NCBI RefSeq assembly: GCF_024502345.1 | Contig: NZ_JALDNN010000001.1 | DNA length: 64,000 bases | Origin: Escherichia coli | GTDB taxonomy: Bacteria; Pseudomonadota; Gammaproteobacteria; Enterobacterales; Enterobacteriaceae | Reading direction: 5' to 3' (one strand) | In this document: piece by piece, positions 28,901 through 44,358 of the stretch | Numbering within the stretch: position 1 is the stretch's first letter | Layout: the number at the start of each line of letters is the position of its first letter | Made by a program: the position numbers and the translations under genes | Notes under the pieces: generated by a model | Seen by the model: only the letters and a program-made list of their open reading frames with translations | Databases searched by the model: none | What the model was told of the DNA's origin: nothing

Positions 28901-29290
28901 TTTATCAACTGGTCGCTCTCTGACTCGGTCACGCGCGTGGTATTGACGATTCCGGCCCCTGCCGATGCCAACAGTGAAGAAGTGACGGAAATCCTGCTCA
29001 CCGCAGCGCGTCGCTGCTCGCTGGTGATCGACAACCCGGCACCGGAAGTCTTCCTGGTGGATCTGCAACAGGGGATTCAGATTTTCGAGCTGCGTATTTA
29101 CGCCGCTGAGATGGGTCACCGTATGCCGCTACGCCATGAGATCCACCAGCTGATTCTGGCTGGCTTCCATGCCCACGGTATCGATATGCCATTCCCGCCC
29201 TTCCAGATGCGTCTGGAAAGCCTCAACGGTAAACAAACGGGGAGAACGCTGACGTCTGCGGGCAAAGGTCGTCAAGCGGGAAGTTTGTAA
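25967..29290 (+). CDS. mscM: Miniconductance mechanosensitive channel MscM
   Basis: 1107-aa ORF; N-terminal coiled-coil region, multi-TM region and MscS-like C-terminal domain. Confidence 0.9.
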   Translation: MRLIITFLMAWCLSWGAYAATAPDSKQISQELEQAKAAKPAQPEVVEALQSALNALEERKGSLERIKQYQEVIDNYPKLSATLRAQLNNMRDEPRSVSPGMSTDALNQEILQVSSQLLDKSRQAQQEQERAREIADSLNQLPQQQTDARRQLNEIERRLGTLTGNTPLNQAQNFALQSDSARLKALVDELELAQLSANNRQELARLRSELAEKESQQLDAYLQALRNQLNSQRQLEAERALESTELLAENSADLPKDIVAQFKINRELSAALNQQAQRMDLVASQQRQAASQTLQVRQALNTLREQSQWLGSSNLLGEALRAQVARLPEMPKPQQLDTEMAQLRVQRLRYEDLLNKQPLLRQIHQADGQPLTAEQNRILEAQLRTQRELLNSLLQGGDTLLLELTKLKVSNGQLEDALKEVNEATHRYLFWTSDVRPMTIAWPLEIAQDLRRLISLDTFSQLGKASVMMLTSKETILPLFGALILVGCSIYSRRYFTRFLERSAAKVGKVTQDHFWLTLRTLFWSILVASPLPVLWMTLGYGLREAWPYPLAVAIGDGVTATVPLLWVVMICATFARPNGLFIAHFGWPRERVSRGMRYYLMSIGLIVPLIMALMMFDNLDDREFSGSLGRLCFILICGALAVVTLSLKKAGIPLYLNKEGSGDNITNHMLWNMMIGAPLVAILASAVGYLATAQALLARLETSVAIWFLLLVVYHVIRRWMLIQRRRLAFDRAKHRRAEMLAQRARGEEEAHHHSSPEGAIEVDESEVDLDAISAQSLRLVRSILMLIALLSVIVLWSEIHSAFGFLENISLWDVTSTVQGVESLEPITLGAVLIAILVFIITTQLVRNLPALLELAILQHLDLTPGTGYAITTITKYLLMLIGGLVGFSMIGIEWSKLQWLVAALGVGLGFGLQEIFANFISGLIILFEKPIRIGDTVTIRDLTGSVTKINTRATTISDWDRKEIIVPNKAFITEQFINWSLSDSVTRVVLTIPAPADANSEEVTEILLTAARRCSLVIDNPAPEVFLVDLQQGIQIFELRIYAAEMGHRMPLRHEIHQLILAGFHAHGIDMPFPPFQMRLESLNGKQTGRTLTSAGKGRQAGSL

Positions 29291-29440
29291 TGCATGAAGC
29301 TGCCAAATGATGTCAACGTGGCTCATTTAGCAGCTTAACATCATCTTCAGTTATCACCGGCCCTGGAGAGTATCATCCATACGCATTACTTCCTGACAAC
29401 TCATCGCCGGAGAGACGATGAGTTGCAGGATTTCATATGA

Positions 29441-30943
29441 TCAGTCGAGAGCTAACTCAGGTTTATTCGCCATGCGACTGCAATAGTTCTGGTAAATCGC
29501 CATCGCTAACAGCGAGAAGAAGACAGGGCCGCCAATCATCCACAATGTGCTGTCCCAGTCTCCGGCTTCAACCACAGGCTGAATAATGGTGAAGACGTTC
29601 GCAAATGTCACCACCAGAACGACAACCACCGTCGCAATCATTGCCGACATACGCGTATTGAAAATCACAAACGGTCTGTCGAGATCCTGACGTGCTTTAA
29701 AGAATGGGAAAGCCAGCGCGAGGAACAGGTAAGGAAGCGTCATAGACACGTTCGCCATCAGCGTCAGCTTGTTAAAGAACGCCGATGCGGTACCGCCACC
29801 AAACGAAACCAGCAGGATGAAGACAGTAACCAACCCGCACTGCATCCACATGGCGATAGACGGCATCCCCATCGCATTCAGGCGCGTCATCGGTTCCGGC
29901 CACAACGCTTTCGGCGTTCCCTGGATGATGGCTTTCAGCGGTGAATAGCAAAGCGTAAAGAACGCACCGGTATAAGCGAGGAACATCGAAAGTCCGGTAA
30001 TACGCGCAAACCATACGCCCAGCGACAATGACGCTTCAGGAGACAAATGCAGTGCGTTACCCAGCGTCACCCCGAGGCTCTTCATCAGCACATAGGTAAT
30101 ATTGCCGAGGTTAACGGAACCATTACTTAATACCTGCTGCCAGTTTGTGCTGACGCCCCATAAAAATATTGCCAGCGAATAACCGATTGAAATAACAATA
30201 GCGGCAAAAACAATACCTTTGGCAAAGTTCTTTTCTGGATTTTCCGTTTTATCGACCAGACCACCAACCGCTTCAATTCCGCCATAGGCAAAAATAGCAA
30301 ATACCACAAACGATAGCATTGCCAGACCGGACTGATAACCCGGGTTCGGTGATGCAAGGAAATTAATATCCTGCGCGAAATGCCCACCATTTAATAACAA
30401 AATAGTAATGCTTACTAACAGCAATACTAAATTCAGACACATTACTGCAATACCGCCCACCGCAGTAATGCGGGCAATTTTATTAATCCCCTTTGAAGCA
30501 ACGACGGTGACCAGAATCATCCATGCCACTGCCAGCAGACCAACCACCTGCGTAGGCTCCAGTCCGGCAATACGCCAGTGCTGGGTCATGTCGCTACCAT
30601 AGAGGAATGTTGAGAACGGTACCCAAACTTTCGCGGAGGTGCTCACCATCCAGATGATATAAGAGGAAAACCACATAAACGTACCAATGAAGGCAAAACG
30701 TGGTCCGACACTATTATTCATCCAGGAATAGATACCGCCTTCTTCTTTGCGATAAGCAGCTCCCATTTCAGCCATCATTAAGGCGAATGGAATAAAGAAT
30801 AACAATGCAGAAAATATATAAAAGGGAATCGCACTATAACCCATTAAGTAATAAGCCGATGGGCTATTGGCAAATCCAAATACGGAAGTAAAGATCATCA
30901 ATATGAGTCCTATCAGACTCATCTTTTTTATCGTGTGAGGCAT
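29441..30943 (-). CDS. yjeM: APC-superfamily inner-membrane transporter YjeM
   Basis: ORF 29441..30985; start placed at MPHTIKKMSLIGLILMIF (500 aa); polytopic. Confidence 0.8.
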   Translation of the reverse strand: MPHTIKKMSLIGLILMIFTSVFGFANSPSAYYLMGYSAIPFYIFSALLFFIPFALMMAEMGAAYRKEEGGIYSWMNNSVGPRFAFIGTFMWFSSYIIWMVSTSAKVWVPFSTFLYGSDMTQHWRIAGLEPTQVVGLLAVAWMILVTVVASKGINKIARITAVGGIAVMCLNLVLLLVSITILLLNGGHFAQDINFLASPNPGYQSGLAMLSFVVFAIFAYGGIEAVGGLVDKTENPEKNFAKGIVFAAIVISIGYSLAIFLWGVSTNWQQVLSNGSVNLGNITYVLMKSLGVTLGNALHLSPEASLSLGVWFARITGLSMFLAYTGAFFTLCYSPLKAIIQGTPKALWPEPMTRLNAMGMPSIAMWMQCGLVTVFILLVSFGGGTASAFFNKLTLMANVSMTLPYLFLALAFPFFKARQDLDRPFVIFNTRMSAMIATVVVVLVVTFANVFTIIQPVVEAGDWDSTLWMIGGPVFFSLLAMAIYQNYCSRMANKPELALD

Positions 30944-31161
30944 GAAACCATCCTTCATTTCAGCGCGTGTATAAAACGCGCCCACTGAACTGCACTGCCC
31001 AACATTGAGCGGGCAGCGTAAAAACCAATACAGAATTGATACCTGGATGATATCAAATATCCAGTCTTAAATTGTGGCCTTTAGCGGAAAAATGAAAACA
31101 TATGCTACAGAATGGCGCTTATCACGCCATTCTTCGCTGTTAATTCAGTAATTTTTCAGAA

Positions 31162-32139
31162 TTATGCCCGGTCAACGCTAAAGGCGATGACTTCAGCCAG
31201 TGTCTCCGCACCCAGCGCCAACATAACCAGACGATCAACGCCTAATGCCACGCCGGAACAGTCAGGCATACCGACTTTCAAGGCTTCAATCAGATTCTGG
31301 TCAATGGGGTGCTGCGGCAAACCGCGCGCCGCGCGCTTACGGTTATCTTGTTCAAAGCGTTGTTGCTGCTCACGGGCATCCGTCAATTCATGGAAACCAT
31401 TCGCCAGCTCAATACCTTTATAATAAACCTCAAAGCGTTCAGCGACCCGATGATCTTCGGTACTGATTTGCGCCAGTGATGCCTGGCTGGCTGGAAAGTG
31501 GTACACAAAGGTCGGTTTTTCTTTACCAATATTTGGCTCTACGCCAAAGGTAAACAGCAATTGTAGCAACGTGTCGCGGTCTTCTTCGGTATCTGCAACG
31601 TTGCTCAAATCCAGTTTCGCTGCCACTTCCCGCAGTTGCGTTTTGTCGGCAGAGAGCGGGTCAATTTCCAGATAACGCAAGAAAGCTTGTTGATAAGAAA
31701 GGCTTTCTGCTGCCGGGCAGTCCAGCACCTGTTGTAAGAGATCGTCCACCTCGTTCATCAACCGGTACATATCATAGTGCGGTCGATACCACTCCAGCAT
31801 AGTGAACTCAGGGTTGTGATAACGCCCCATCTCTTCATTACGGAAGCTGCGGCACAGCTGGAATACCGGCCCACAACCGGCAACCAGCAGGCGTTTCATA
31901 TGGTATTCCGGGCTGGTCATTAACCAGAGATTCATCCCCTGCGAATGCCCGGGGCCAACGAAACGTGTCTCAAACGGGACCAAATGAATATCGGTTACCG
32001 TCGCCTGGCTCATACAAGGCGTCTCCACCTCCAGCACTCCACGATCGGCAAAGAAACGACGGATCTCCGCCATAATCGCCGCGCGTTTTAATAAGTTAGG
32101 AATGGATGCGCTCGGCTGCCAGGATGCCGTTTCGCTCAT
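31162..32139 (-). CDS. epmA: EF-P-lysine lysyltransferase EpmA
   Basis: ORF 31162..32184; start at [30 protein letters not shown] (325 aa); class II aaRS-like. Confidence 0.9.
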   Translation of the reverse strand: MSETASWQPSASIPNLLKRAAIMAEIRRFFADRGVLEVETPCMSQATVTDIHLVPFETRFVGPGHSQGMNLWLMTSPEYHMKRLLVAGCGPVFQLCRSFRNEEMGRYHNPEFTMLEWYRPHYDMYRLMNEVDDLLQQVLDCPAAESLSYQQAFLRYLEIDPLSADKTQLREVAAKLDLSNVADTEEDRDTLLQLLFTFGVEPNIGKEKPTFVYHFPASQASLAQISTEDHRVAERFEVYYKGIELANGFHELTDAREQQQRFEQDNRKRAARGLPQHPIDQNLIEALKVGMPDCSGVALGVDRLVMLALGAETLAEVIAFSVDRA

Positions 32140-32463
32140 AGTTAAATCTCCAGTTTTTGACAAGGGCACGAAGTCTACTCGCAACGCGACGGCGAGACAA
32201 ATTTTACGCAGGAATCAAACAACGGTGGGCAGTGACTAAAAAAAGCACGATCTGATGGTTTAGTAATTAAATTAATCATCTTCAGTGATAATTTAGCCCT
32301 CTTGCGCACTAAAAAAATCGATCTCGTCAAATTTCAGACTTATCCATCAGACTATACTGTTGTACCTATAAAGGAGCAGTGGAATAGCGTTCGCAGACCG
32401 TAACTTTCAGGCACTTACCCTGAAGTACGGGGCTGTGGGATAAAAACAATCTGGAGGAATGTC

Positions 32464-34264
32464 GTGCAAACCTTTCAAGCCGATCTTGCCATTGTAGGCG
32501 CCGGTGGCGCGGGATTACGTGCTGCAATTGCTGCCGCGCAGGCAAATCCAAATGCAAAAATCGCACTAATCTCAAAAGTATACCCGATGCGTAGCCATAC
32601 CGTTGCTGCAGAAGGGGGCTCCGCCGCTGTCGCGCAGGATCATGACAGCTTCGAATATCACTTTCACGATACAGTAGCGGGTGGCGACTGGTTGTGTGAG
32701 CAGGATGTCGTGGATTATTTCGTCCACCACTGCCCAACCGAAATGACCCAACTGGAACTGTGGGGATGCCCATGGAGCCGTCGCCCGGATGGTAGCGTCA
32801 ACGTACGTCGCTTCGGCGGCATGAAAATCGAGCGTACCTGGTTCGCCGCCGATAAGACCGGCTTCCATATGCTGCACACGCTGTTCCAGACCTCTCTGCA
32901 ATTCCCGCAGATCCAGCGTTTTGACGAACATTTCGTGCTGGATATTCTGGTTGATGATGGTCATGTTCGCGGCCTGGTAGCAATGAACATGATGGAAGGC
33001 ACGCTGGTGCAGATCCGTGCTAACGCGGTCGTTATGGCTACTGGCGGTGCGGGTCGCGTTTATCGTTATAACACTAACGGCGGCATCGTTACCGGTGACG
33101 GTATGGGTATGGCGCTAAGCCACGGCGTTCCGCTGCGTGACATGGAATTCGTTCAGTATCACCCAACCGGTCTGCCAGGTTCCGGTATCCTGATGACCGA
33201 AGGCTGCCGCGGTGAAGGTGGTATTCTGGTCAACAAAAATGGCTACCGTTATCTGCAAGATTACGGCATGGGCCCGGAAACTCCGCTGGGCGAGCCGAAA
33301 AACAAATATATGGAACTGGGTCCACGCGACAAAGTTTCTCAGGCCTTCTGGCACGAATGGCGTAAAGGCAACACCATCTCCACGCCGCGTGGCGATGTGG
33401 TTTATCTCGACTTGCGTCACCTCGGCGAGAAAAAACTGCATGAACGTCTGCCGTTCATCTGCGAACTGGCGAAAGCGTACGTTGGCGTCGATCCGGTTAA
33501 AGAACCGATTCCGGTACGTCCGACCGCACACTACACCATGGGCGGTATCGAAACCGATCAGAACTGTGAAACCCGCATTAAAGGTCTGTTCGCCGTGGGT
33601 GAATGTTCCTCTGTTGGTCTGCACGGTGCAAACCGTCTGGGCTCCAACTCCCTGGCGGAACTGGTGGTCTTCGGCCGTCTGGCCGGTGAACAAGCGACAG
33701 AGCGTGCAGCAACTGCCGGTAATGGCAACGAAGCGGCAATTGAAGCGCAGGCAGCTGGCGTTGAACAACGTCTGAAAGATCTGGTTAACCAGGATGGTGG
33801 CGAAAACTGGGCGAAGATCCGCGACGAAATGGGCCTGGCAATGGAAGAAGGCTGCGGTATCTACCGTACGCCGGAACTGATGCAGAAAACCATCGACAAG
33901 CTGGCTGAGCTGCAGGAACGCTTCAAGCGCGTGCGCATCACCGACACTTCCAGCGTGTTCAACACCGACCTGCTCTACACCATTGAACTGGGCCACGGTC
34001 TGAACGTTGCTGAATGTATGGCGCACTCCGCAATGGCACGTAAAGAGTCCCGCGGCGCGCACCAGCGTCTGGACGAAGGTTGCACCGAGCGTGACGACGT
34101 CAACTTCCTCAAACACACCCTCGCCTTCCGCGATGCTGATGGCACGACTCGCCTGGAGTACAGCGACGTGAAGATTACTACGCTGCCGCCAGCTAAACGC
34201 GTTTACGGTGGCGAAGCGGATGCAGCCGATAAGGCGGAAGCAGCCAATAAGAAGGAGAAGGCGA

Positions 34265-34272
<8 letters not shown>
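32464..34272 (+). CDS. frdA: Fumarate reductase flavoprotein subunit
   Basis: GTG start; 602 aa beginning [20 protein letters not shown] (FAD-binding fold). Confidence 0.95.
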
Positions 34273-35405
<1,133 letters not shown>

Positions 35406-35415
35406 GGAGCCTGAG

Positions 35416-36971
<1,556 letters not shown>

Positions 36972-37059
36972 AATTTCATCGGGTCCGAATTTTCGGACCT
37001 TTTCTCCGCTTTTCCTTGCTGTCATCTACACTTAGAAAAAAACCAGTAAGGAAACATTT

Positions 37060-37593
37060 ATGCGCCTGCTCCCTCTCGTTGCCGCAGCGACAGCTGCATT
37101 TCTGGTCGTTGCCTGCAGTTCTCCTACGCCGCCGCGTGGCGTGACCGTAGTGAATAATTTCGACGCTAAACGCTATCTCGGTACCTGGTATGAGATTGCC
37201 CGTTTTGATCACCGCTTTGAACGTGGACTGGAAAAAGTCACCGCAACATACAGCCTGCGTGATGACGGCGGCCTGAATGTCATTAATAAAGGCTATAACC
37301 CTGACAGAGGAATGTGGCAGCAGAGTGAAGGGAAAGCGTACTTTACCGGCGTACCAACTCGCGCTGCGCTGAAAGTGTCATTCTTTGGTCCTTTCTATGG
37401 CGGTTATAACGTCATTGCACTTGATCGGGAATACCGCCATGCGCTGGTTTGCGGCCCGGACCGCGACTACCTGTGGATACTCTCCCGCACGCCAACCATT
37501 TCTGACGAAGTGAAACAGGAGATGCTGGCAGTCGCGACCCGGGAAGGGTTTGATGTCAGTAAGTTTATTTGGGTACAGCAGCCCGGTAGTTAG
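37060..37593 (+). CDS. blc: Outer-membrane lipocalin Blc
   Basis: 177-aa ORF with lipobox (VVACSS). Confidence 0.9.
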   Translation: MRLLPLVAAATAAFLVVACSSPTPPRGVTVVNNFDAKRYLGTWYEIARFDHRFERGLEKVTATYSLRDDGGLNVINKGYNPDRGMWQQSEGKAYFTGVPTRAALKVSFFGPFYGGYNVIALDREYRHALVCGPDRDYLWILSRTPTISDEVKQEMLAVATREGFDVSKFIWVQQPGS

Positions 37594-37907
37594 TGAGTGC
37601 TGAGTTTCAGACCAATAATCCCCAATACGATTAACGCCAGACTCGCCAGGCGCATCGGGTTAGCGGACTCACCGAGCAGTACAATGCCGGTGATGGCCGC
37701 GCCGACTGCGCCAATACCCGTCCACACGGCATAAGCCGTCCCTACTGGTAACGATTTCATCGCCCAGGCAAGTAGCGCCATACTGACAATCATCGCCGTC
37801 ACAGTAATAACACTCGGCGTCAAACGACTAAAGCCGTGGGTATATTTCAGGCCAACGGCCCATACCACTTCCAGCAGACCAGCAATAACTAAGATAATCC
37901 AGGACAT
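37590..37907 (-). CDS. gdx: Guanidinium exporter Gdx (SugE, SMR family)
   Basis: ORF 37590..38057; canonical 105-aa product starts at [26 protein letters not shown]. Confidence 0.9.
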   Translation of the reverse strand: MSWIILVIAGLLEVVWAVGLKYTHGFSRLTPSVITVTAMIVSMALLAWAMKSLPVGTAYAVWTGIGAVGAAITGIVLLGESANPMRLASLALIVLGIIGLKLSTH

Positions 37908-37929
37908 ATCAGGCTCCGGAGAATTGGGG

Positions 37930-37985
37930 CCGTCCCCGGTGAAAAGACGCGTTTGCAGGTCGTCCTGCAAAGCTGATGGTTGAAC
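37930..37985 (-). ncRNA. Guanidine-II (mini-ykkC) riboswitch in the gdx leader
   Basis: Minus strand carries two short GC stems with ACGR tetraloops: UUGCAGG-ACGA-CCUGCAA (37963-37980) and GGGG-ACGG-CCCC (37936-37947), just upstream of gdx. Confidence 0.7.
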
Positions 37986-38082
37986 GGATATTTTGCCAGG
38001 TGGCAGGGGAATTTCAACTATTACCTTTGTGACTATCGCAGAGAAAACAAACGGCACGACACAGCTGTCGTACCGTTATTGC

Positions 38083-38229
38083 TTATTGCTGCGCTTTCGT
38101 TGCTGCACCAGAAATCGCGTTACCGCCATCAGAAATGTCTTCACCAACGCCACGCGTGGTGTTGCAGGCAGTTAATACTGTTGAAAGCACCAGAACAGAA
38201 AAGATCGCTGCAATTGTCTTCTTCACCAT
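38083..38229 (-). CDS. ecnB: Entericidin B lipoprotein
   Basis: Manual minus-strand translation gives [48 protein letters not shown] (48 aa) then TAA. Confidence 0.85.
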
Positions 38230-38275
38230 AACGTCTTCCTTTTAGGTAATGTTATTTATGTTTGCCTATAGCAAA

Positions 38276-38464
38276 TTAATAATAGACAACATCGCCAAAA
38301 ATGACGGAAATCTGATGATTTTTCGGAAGAGAAGAAAAATAGCTGGCAGCGCGAGAGATGGAGTTGCCGAGATGTTTGATGTCTTCGCCGAAACCGCGAG
38401 CGGTGTTACAGCCCGTGAGCAGCGTGCTGGCAAGCAAAACAAGAACGATAAGGCGTTTCATCAT
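38276..38464 (-). CDS. ecnA: Entericidin A lipoprotein, apparently C-terminally extended (62-aa ORF; canonical end would be at 38342)
   Basis: ORF begins MMKRLIVLVLLASTLLTGCNTARGFGEDIKHLGNSISRAAS and continues with a TAT codon where I expect a stop. Confidence 0.7.
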   Translation of the reverse strand: MMKRLIVLVLLASTLLTGCNTARGFGEDIKHLGNSISRAASYFSSLPKNHQISVIFGDVVYY

Positions 38465-38515
38465 CTCTGACCTGAATAAGTGATGGTGCAGCCTGCAGGC
38501 CGCACCATAACCGCA

Positions 38516-39082
38516 TTACTTCACGCGAGAGACGTATTCACCAGAGCGGGTATCCACTTTGATGACTTCGCCGATTTGTACGAACAGCGGAACTTTAACC
38601 ACAGCGCCAGTAGACAGGGTAGCCGGTTTGCCGCCAGTACCTGCGGTATCACCTTTCAGGCCCGGATCGGTATCAACGATTTCCAGTTCAACGAAGTTCG
38701 GCGGAGTAACGGAGATCGGCTGACCATTCCACAGAGTTACGATACACTCTGCCTGATCCAGCAGCCATTTAGCGTTATCGCCAATTGCTTTTGCATCAGC
38801 AGACAGCTGCTCGAAAGTTTCGTTGTTCATGAAGTGCCAGAACTCACCGTCGTTGTACAGGTAAGTCAGGTTCATATCGACAACATCAGCGCCTTCAGCG
38901 GAATCAGTAGATTTGAAGGTTTTTTCTACGCGAGTACCGGTCAGCAGACGACGCAGTTTAACGCGAGCAAATGCCTGGCCTTTACCCGGTTTTACGAATT
39001 CACTCGCTTCAACCGCGTAAGGTTCGCCGTCTAACATGATTTTAAGACCAGCACGAAAATCGTTGCTATAGTACGTTGCCAT
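38516..39082 (-). CDS. efp: Translation elongation factor P
   Basis: 188-aa ORF beginning [42 protein letters not shown] (Lys34 modification loop). Confidence 0.95.
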
Positions 39083-39123
39083 AAGGCCCTCTGAAATTTG
39101 TTAATTGGTAGCTAAGCCACAAA

Positions 39124-40152
39124 ATGGCGCATATTGTAACCCTAAATACCCCATCCAGAGAAGATTGGTTAACGCAACTTGCCGATGTTGTGACCGATCC
39201 TGATGAACTTCTGCGTCTTTTGAATATAGACGCGGACGAAAAACTGTTGGCCGGACGCAACGCCAAAAAGCTGTTTGCCCTGCGTGTGCCCCGCTCATTT
39301 ATCGATCGCATGGAGAAAGGCAATCCGGACGATCCGCTTTTGCGTCAGGTACTTACCTCGCAAGATGAGTTTGCCATCGCGCCCGGATTCTCCACCGACC
39401 CGCTGGAAGAACAGCACAGCGTAGTGCCTGGTTTGTTGCATAAATACCACAACCGGGCGCTTTTGCTGGTCAAAGGCGGCTGCGCGGTAAATTGCCGTTA
39501 TTGCTTCCGTCGCCACTTCCCTTATGCCGAAAATCAGGGCAACAAGCGTAACTGGCAAACTGCACTTGAGTATGTTGCTGCGCATCCGGAACTGGACGAG
39601 ATGATTTTCTCCGGCGGCGATCCGCTGATGGCGAAAGATCACGAGCTGGACTGGTTGCTCACACAACTGGAAGCCATCCCGCATATCAAACGTCTGCGGA
39701 TTCACAGCCGTCTGCCGATTGTGCTCCCGGCACGCATCACAGATGCGCTGGTTGAACGCTTTTCACATTCTACGCTGCAAATCTTGCTGGTGAATCACAT
39801 CAACCATGCCAATGAGGTAGATGAAACATTCCGGCAGGCGATGGCTAAGTTGCGCCGTGTCGGTGTCACCCTGCTTAACCAGAGCGTTCTGTTACGTGGT
39901 GTGAACGATAACGCACAAACGCTGGCAAACCTGAGTAATGCGTTGTTCGATGCCGGCGTGATGCCGTATTACCTGCATGTGCTCGATAAAGTACAGGGCG
40001 CGGCGCATTTTATGGTGAGTGATGACGAAGCACGGCAGATTATGCGTGAGTTGCTGACACTGGTGTCGGGATATCTGGTGCCGAAACTGGCGCGAGAAAT
40101 TGGCGGCGAACCCAGCAAAACGCCGCTGGATCTCCAGCTACGCCAGCAGTAA
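39124..40152 (+). CDS. epmB: EF-P beta-lysylation protein EpmB (lysine 2,3-aminomutase-like radical SAM)
   Basis: 342-aa ORF with radical-SAM CxxxCxxC (CAVNCRYCFR); divergent from efp. Confidence 0.9.
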   Translation: MAHIVTLNTPSREDWLTQLADVVTDPDELLRLLNIDADEKLLAGRNAKKLFALRVPRSFIDRMEKGNPDDPLLRQVLTSQDEFAIAPGFSTDPLEEQHSVVPGLLHKYHNRALLLVKGGCAVNCRYCFRRHFPYAENQGNKRNWQTALEYVAAHPELDEMIFSGGDPLMAKDHELDWLLTQLEAIPHIKRLRIHSRLPIVLPARITDALVERFSHSTLQILLVNHINHANEVDETFRQAMAKLRRVGVTLLNQSVLLRGVNDNAQTLANLSNALFDAGVMPYYLHVLDKVQGAAHFMVSDDEARQIMRELLTLVSGYLVPKLAREIGGEPSKTPLDLQLRQQ

Positions 40153-40184
40153 CTGATTAAACAGGGAAGTCAAACATTAAAATT

Positions 40185-40293
<109 letters not shown>

Positions 40294-40546
40294 TACGCAA
40301 GTACAGCAACCTGTCATTAAACTGGGAAATTTAATCTTTGCCCGTTGCATAACCTTTAATTATTCATATACATTGCTGTTGTTACTCTTTATATAGCTAA
40401 CACCAATAATTAACCTTTCTTTTCTGTTTATATAGAGTGAGCACGGCTACTTATGTTATTTTAACAACTATTATTACCAAGCCCATTCATCTGGCTTATA
40501 AATTAAAATTAATTATTTAATTGAGAAATGGTTAGGGAGAACCTAC

Positions 40547-41416
40547 ATGGCCATAAGCATCAAGGGTGTTAATACCGGTGTTATTCGCAAGAGTAATAAT
40601 TTCATTGCACTGGCGCTGAAAATTAAGGAACCTCGCAATAAAGAATCGTTGTTCTTTATGTCTGTCATGGAACTGCGCGACCTGCTGATTGCGCTGGAAA
40701 GTCGTCTGCATCAAAAGCATAAACTGGATGCTGCTGCACGCCTTCAGTATGAGCAAGCTCGCGATAAAGTCATTAAGAAAATGGCAGAAAATATCCCAGA
40801 AATTCTGGTTGATGAGCTTAAAAATGCCGATATTAATCGTCGGGTTAACACGCTGGAACTTACCGATAATCAAGGCGAAAATCTTACCTTCGTATTAACG
40901 CTACATGACGGTAGCAAATGTGAGTTAGTCGTCAATGAGTTGCAGATTGAAATGCTGGCGCGAGCAATCATTCATGCAATTAATAATGCAGAAATGCGCG
41001 AACTGGCATTACGTATTACCTCACTGTTAGATTTCCTGCCGTTATACGACGTTGACTGCCAGGAAAATGGCAATCTGGAATATGACACCTATTCCCAACC
41101 GGAATGGAAACATAACTTGTTCGACCATTATCTGGCGGTGCTTTACCGCTTTAAAGATGAAAGTGGCAAAGAACAATTTAGCGGCGCAGTGGTGAAAACG
41201 CGTGAAGCAACGCCGGGTAAAGAAATAGAGGCGATCACTCGCCGAATGCTTGATTTCAGCCCACGACTGAAAAAACTCGCGGGTGTGCCATGTCAGGTCT
41301 ATGTTCGCACCGTAGCGGCGAATAACGCCCAACCGCTAACCCAGGATCAATGCTTACGCGCGCTGCATCACTTACGTGTTCAATCCACCAGCAAAACTGC
41401 ACCACAGGCGAAATAA
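40547..41416 (+). CDS. yjeJ: Conserved protein YjeJ
   Basis: 289-aa ORF; AT-rich upstream region; synteny. Confidence 0.75.
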   Translation: MAISIKGVNTGVIRKSNNFIALALKIKEPRNKESLFFMSVMELRDLLIALESRLHQKHKLDAAARLQYEQARDKVIKKMAENIPEILVDELKNADINRRVNTLELTDNQGENLTFVLTLHDGSKCELVVNELQIEMLARAIIHAINNAEMRELALRITSLLDFLPLYDVDCQENGNLEYDTYSQPEWKHNLFDHYLAVLYRFKDESGKEQFSGAVVKTREATPGKEIEAITRRMLDFSPRLKKLAGVPCQVYVRTVAANNAQPLTQDQCLRALHHLRVQSTSKTAPQAK

Positions 41417-41485
41417 TCTCATCTTTGCTAATGCGAGGCTGGAGCCATCCAGCCTGAAATGACTGATAACGTGATCGTTGGTCAT

Positions 41486-41580
<95 letters not shown>

Positions 41581-41608
41581 TGGCAATTATACGTTTGTCA
41601 CCATCACA

Positions 41609-41962
41609 TCAGTTCGGACACTTATATACCTGGCCGATAATCTGGCTATCCGTCGGGACAAAACTGGACAACATTCCCTGCGACGGGCTACTGATGCCAT
41701 AAATCACGTTACCGCCCATTGCAGCCGCCTGGTTGCGCAGATCGTTTGCTGCGCCGCGCATAGAACCACCTTCTTCTCCGTGTTGCCCGGAAAGCCAGTT
41801 GCTTTGCTTACCTGTCGCAGTACCAATCAGCTGGCACTCTGCGCCTGGCTGCTCGTCCACAATGCGTACACTCTGACCGGCAGCACTCAATTCGTTGCTG
41901 GAGCTACAACCCGCCATCAGTAGCGCGGCACCGACAATCCCTGCTAAGTATTTTACGTGCAT
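41609..41962 (-). CDS. yjeI: Lipoprotein YjeI
   Basis: ORF 41609..41995; start at MHVKYLAGIVGAALLMAGCSS (lipobox), 117 aa. Confidence 0.8.
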   Translation of the reverse strand: MHVKYLAGIVGAALLMAGCSSSNELSAAGQSVRIVDEQPGAECQLIGTATGKQSNWLSGQHGEEGGSMRGAANDLRNQAAAMGGNVIYGISSPSQGMLSSFVPTDSQIIGQVYKCPN

Positions 41963-42042
41963 GTTATTCCCCATAATCAATGAGCTGGACGCCACTCGCG
42001 TCGTCCGTGTCTGAATCTTATACTAGAAAGATGACCAAAAGA

Positions 42043-42078
42043 AAAACCCCCAGACATTTCTGCCCGGGGGTTTGTTTA
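42043..42078 (-). terminator. groESL rho-independent terminator (bidirectional hairpin)
   Basis: Minus strand reads cccccgggcagaaatgtctggggg followed by ttttt just after the groEL stop. Confidence 0.75.
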
Positions 42079-42099
42079 TTTCTGCGAGGTGCAGGGCAA

Positions 42100-43758
<1,659 letters not shown>

Positions 43759-43789
43759 TTAAATTCGTATGTTCAGTGTCGTGCGAGGA

Positions 43790-44134
<345 letters not shown>

Positions 44135-44159
44135 TTACGTGGTTTCCCGGCTGGTGACT

Positions 44160-44195
44160 AGAGAAATGGGGATGAGGATTCGCCCCTTCAAGGGG
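44160..44195 (-). promoter_or_regulatory. Sigma-32 heat-shock promoter of groESL
   Basis: Minus strand carries CCCTTGAA (-35, 44187-44194) and CCCCATTT (-10, 44164-44171), matching the sigma-32 consensus upstream of groES. Confidence 0.65.
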
Positions 44196-44358
44196 GAAAA
44201 AGAAAAAAAATTCTGATCAGCACAAAATCGGGTGAAAACCCTGATTCACCTCACATTTCATCGCAATTTCTTCATCGCCGTCATAAGCGAATCTGATTGT
44301 GCTACCATCGAAAATCTACGCAGTTGCCCAAAATTTGGGCGCAATCGGATATCAACCC

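Noticed and set aside
29396-29425. Hairpin caactcatcg...cgatgagttg between convergent mscM and yjeM
   Set aside because: Probably a transcription-end structure for the convergent genes; no T-run and nothing distinctive enough to call a feature.
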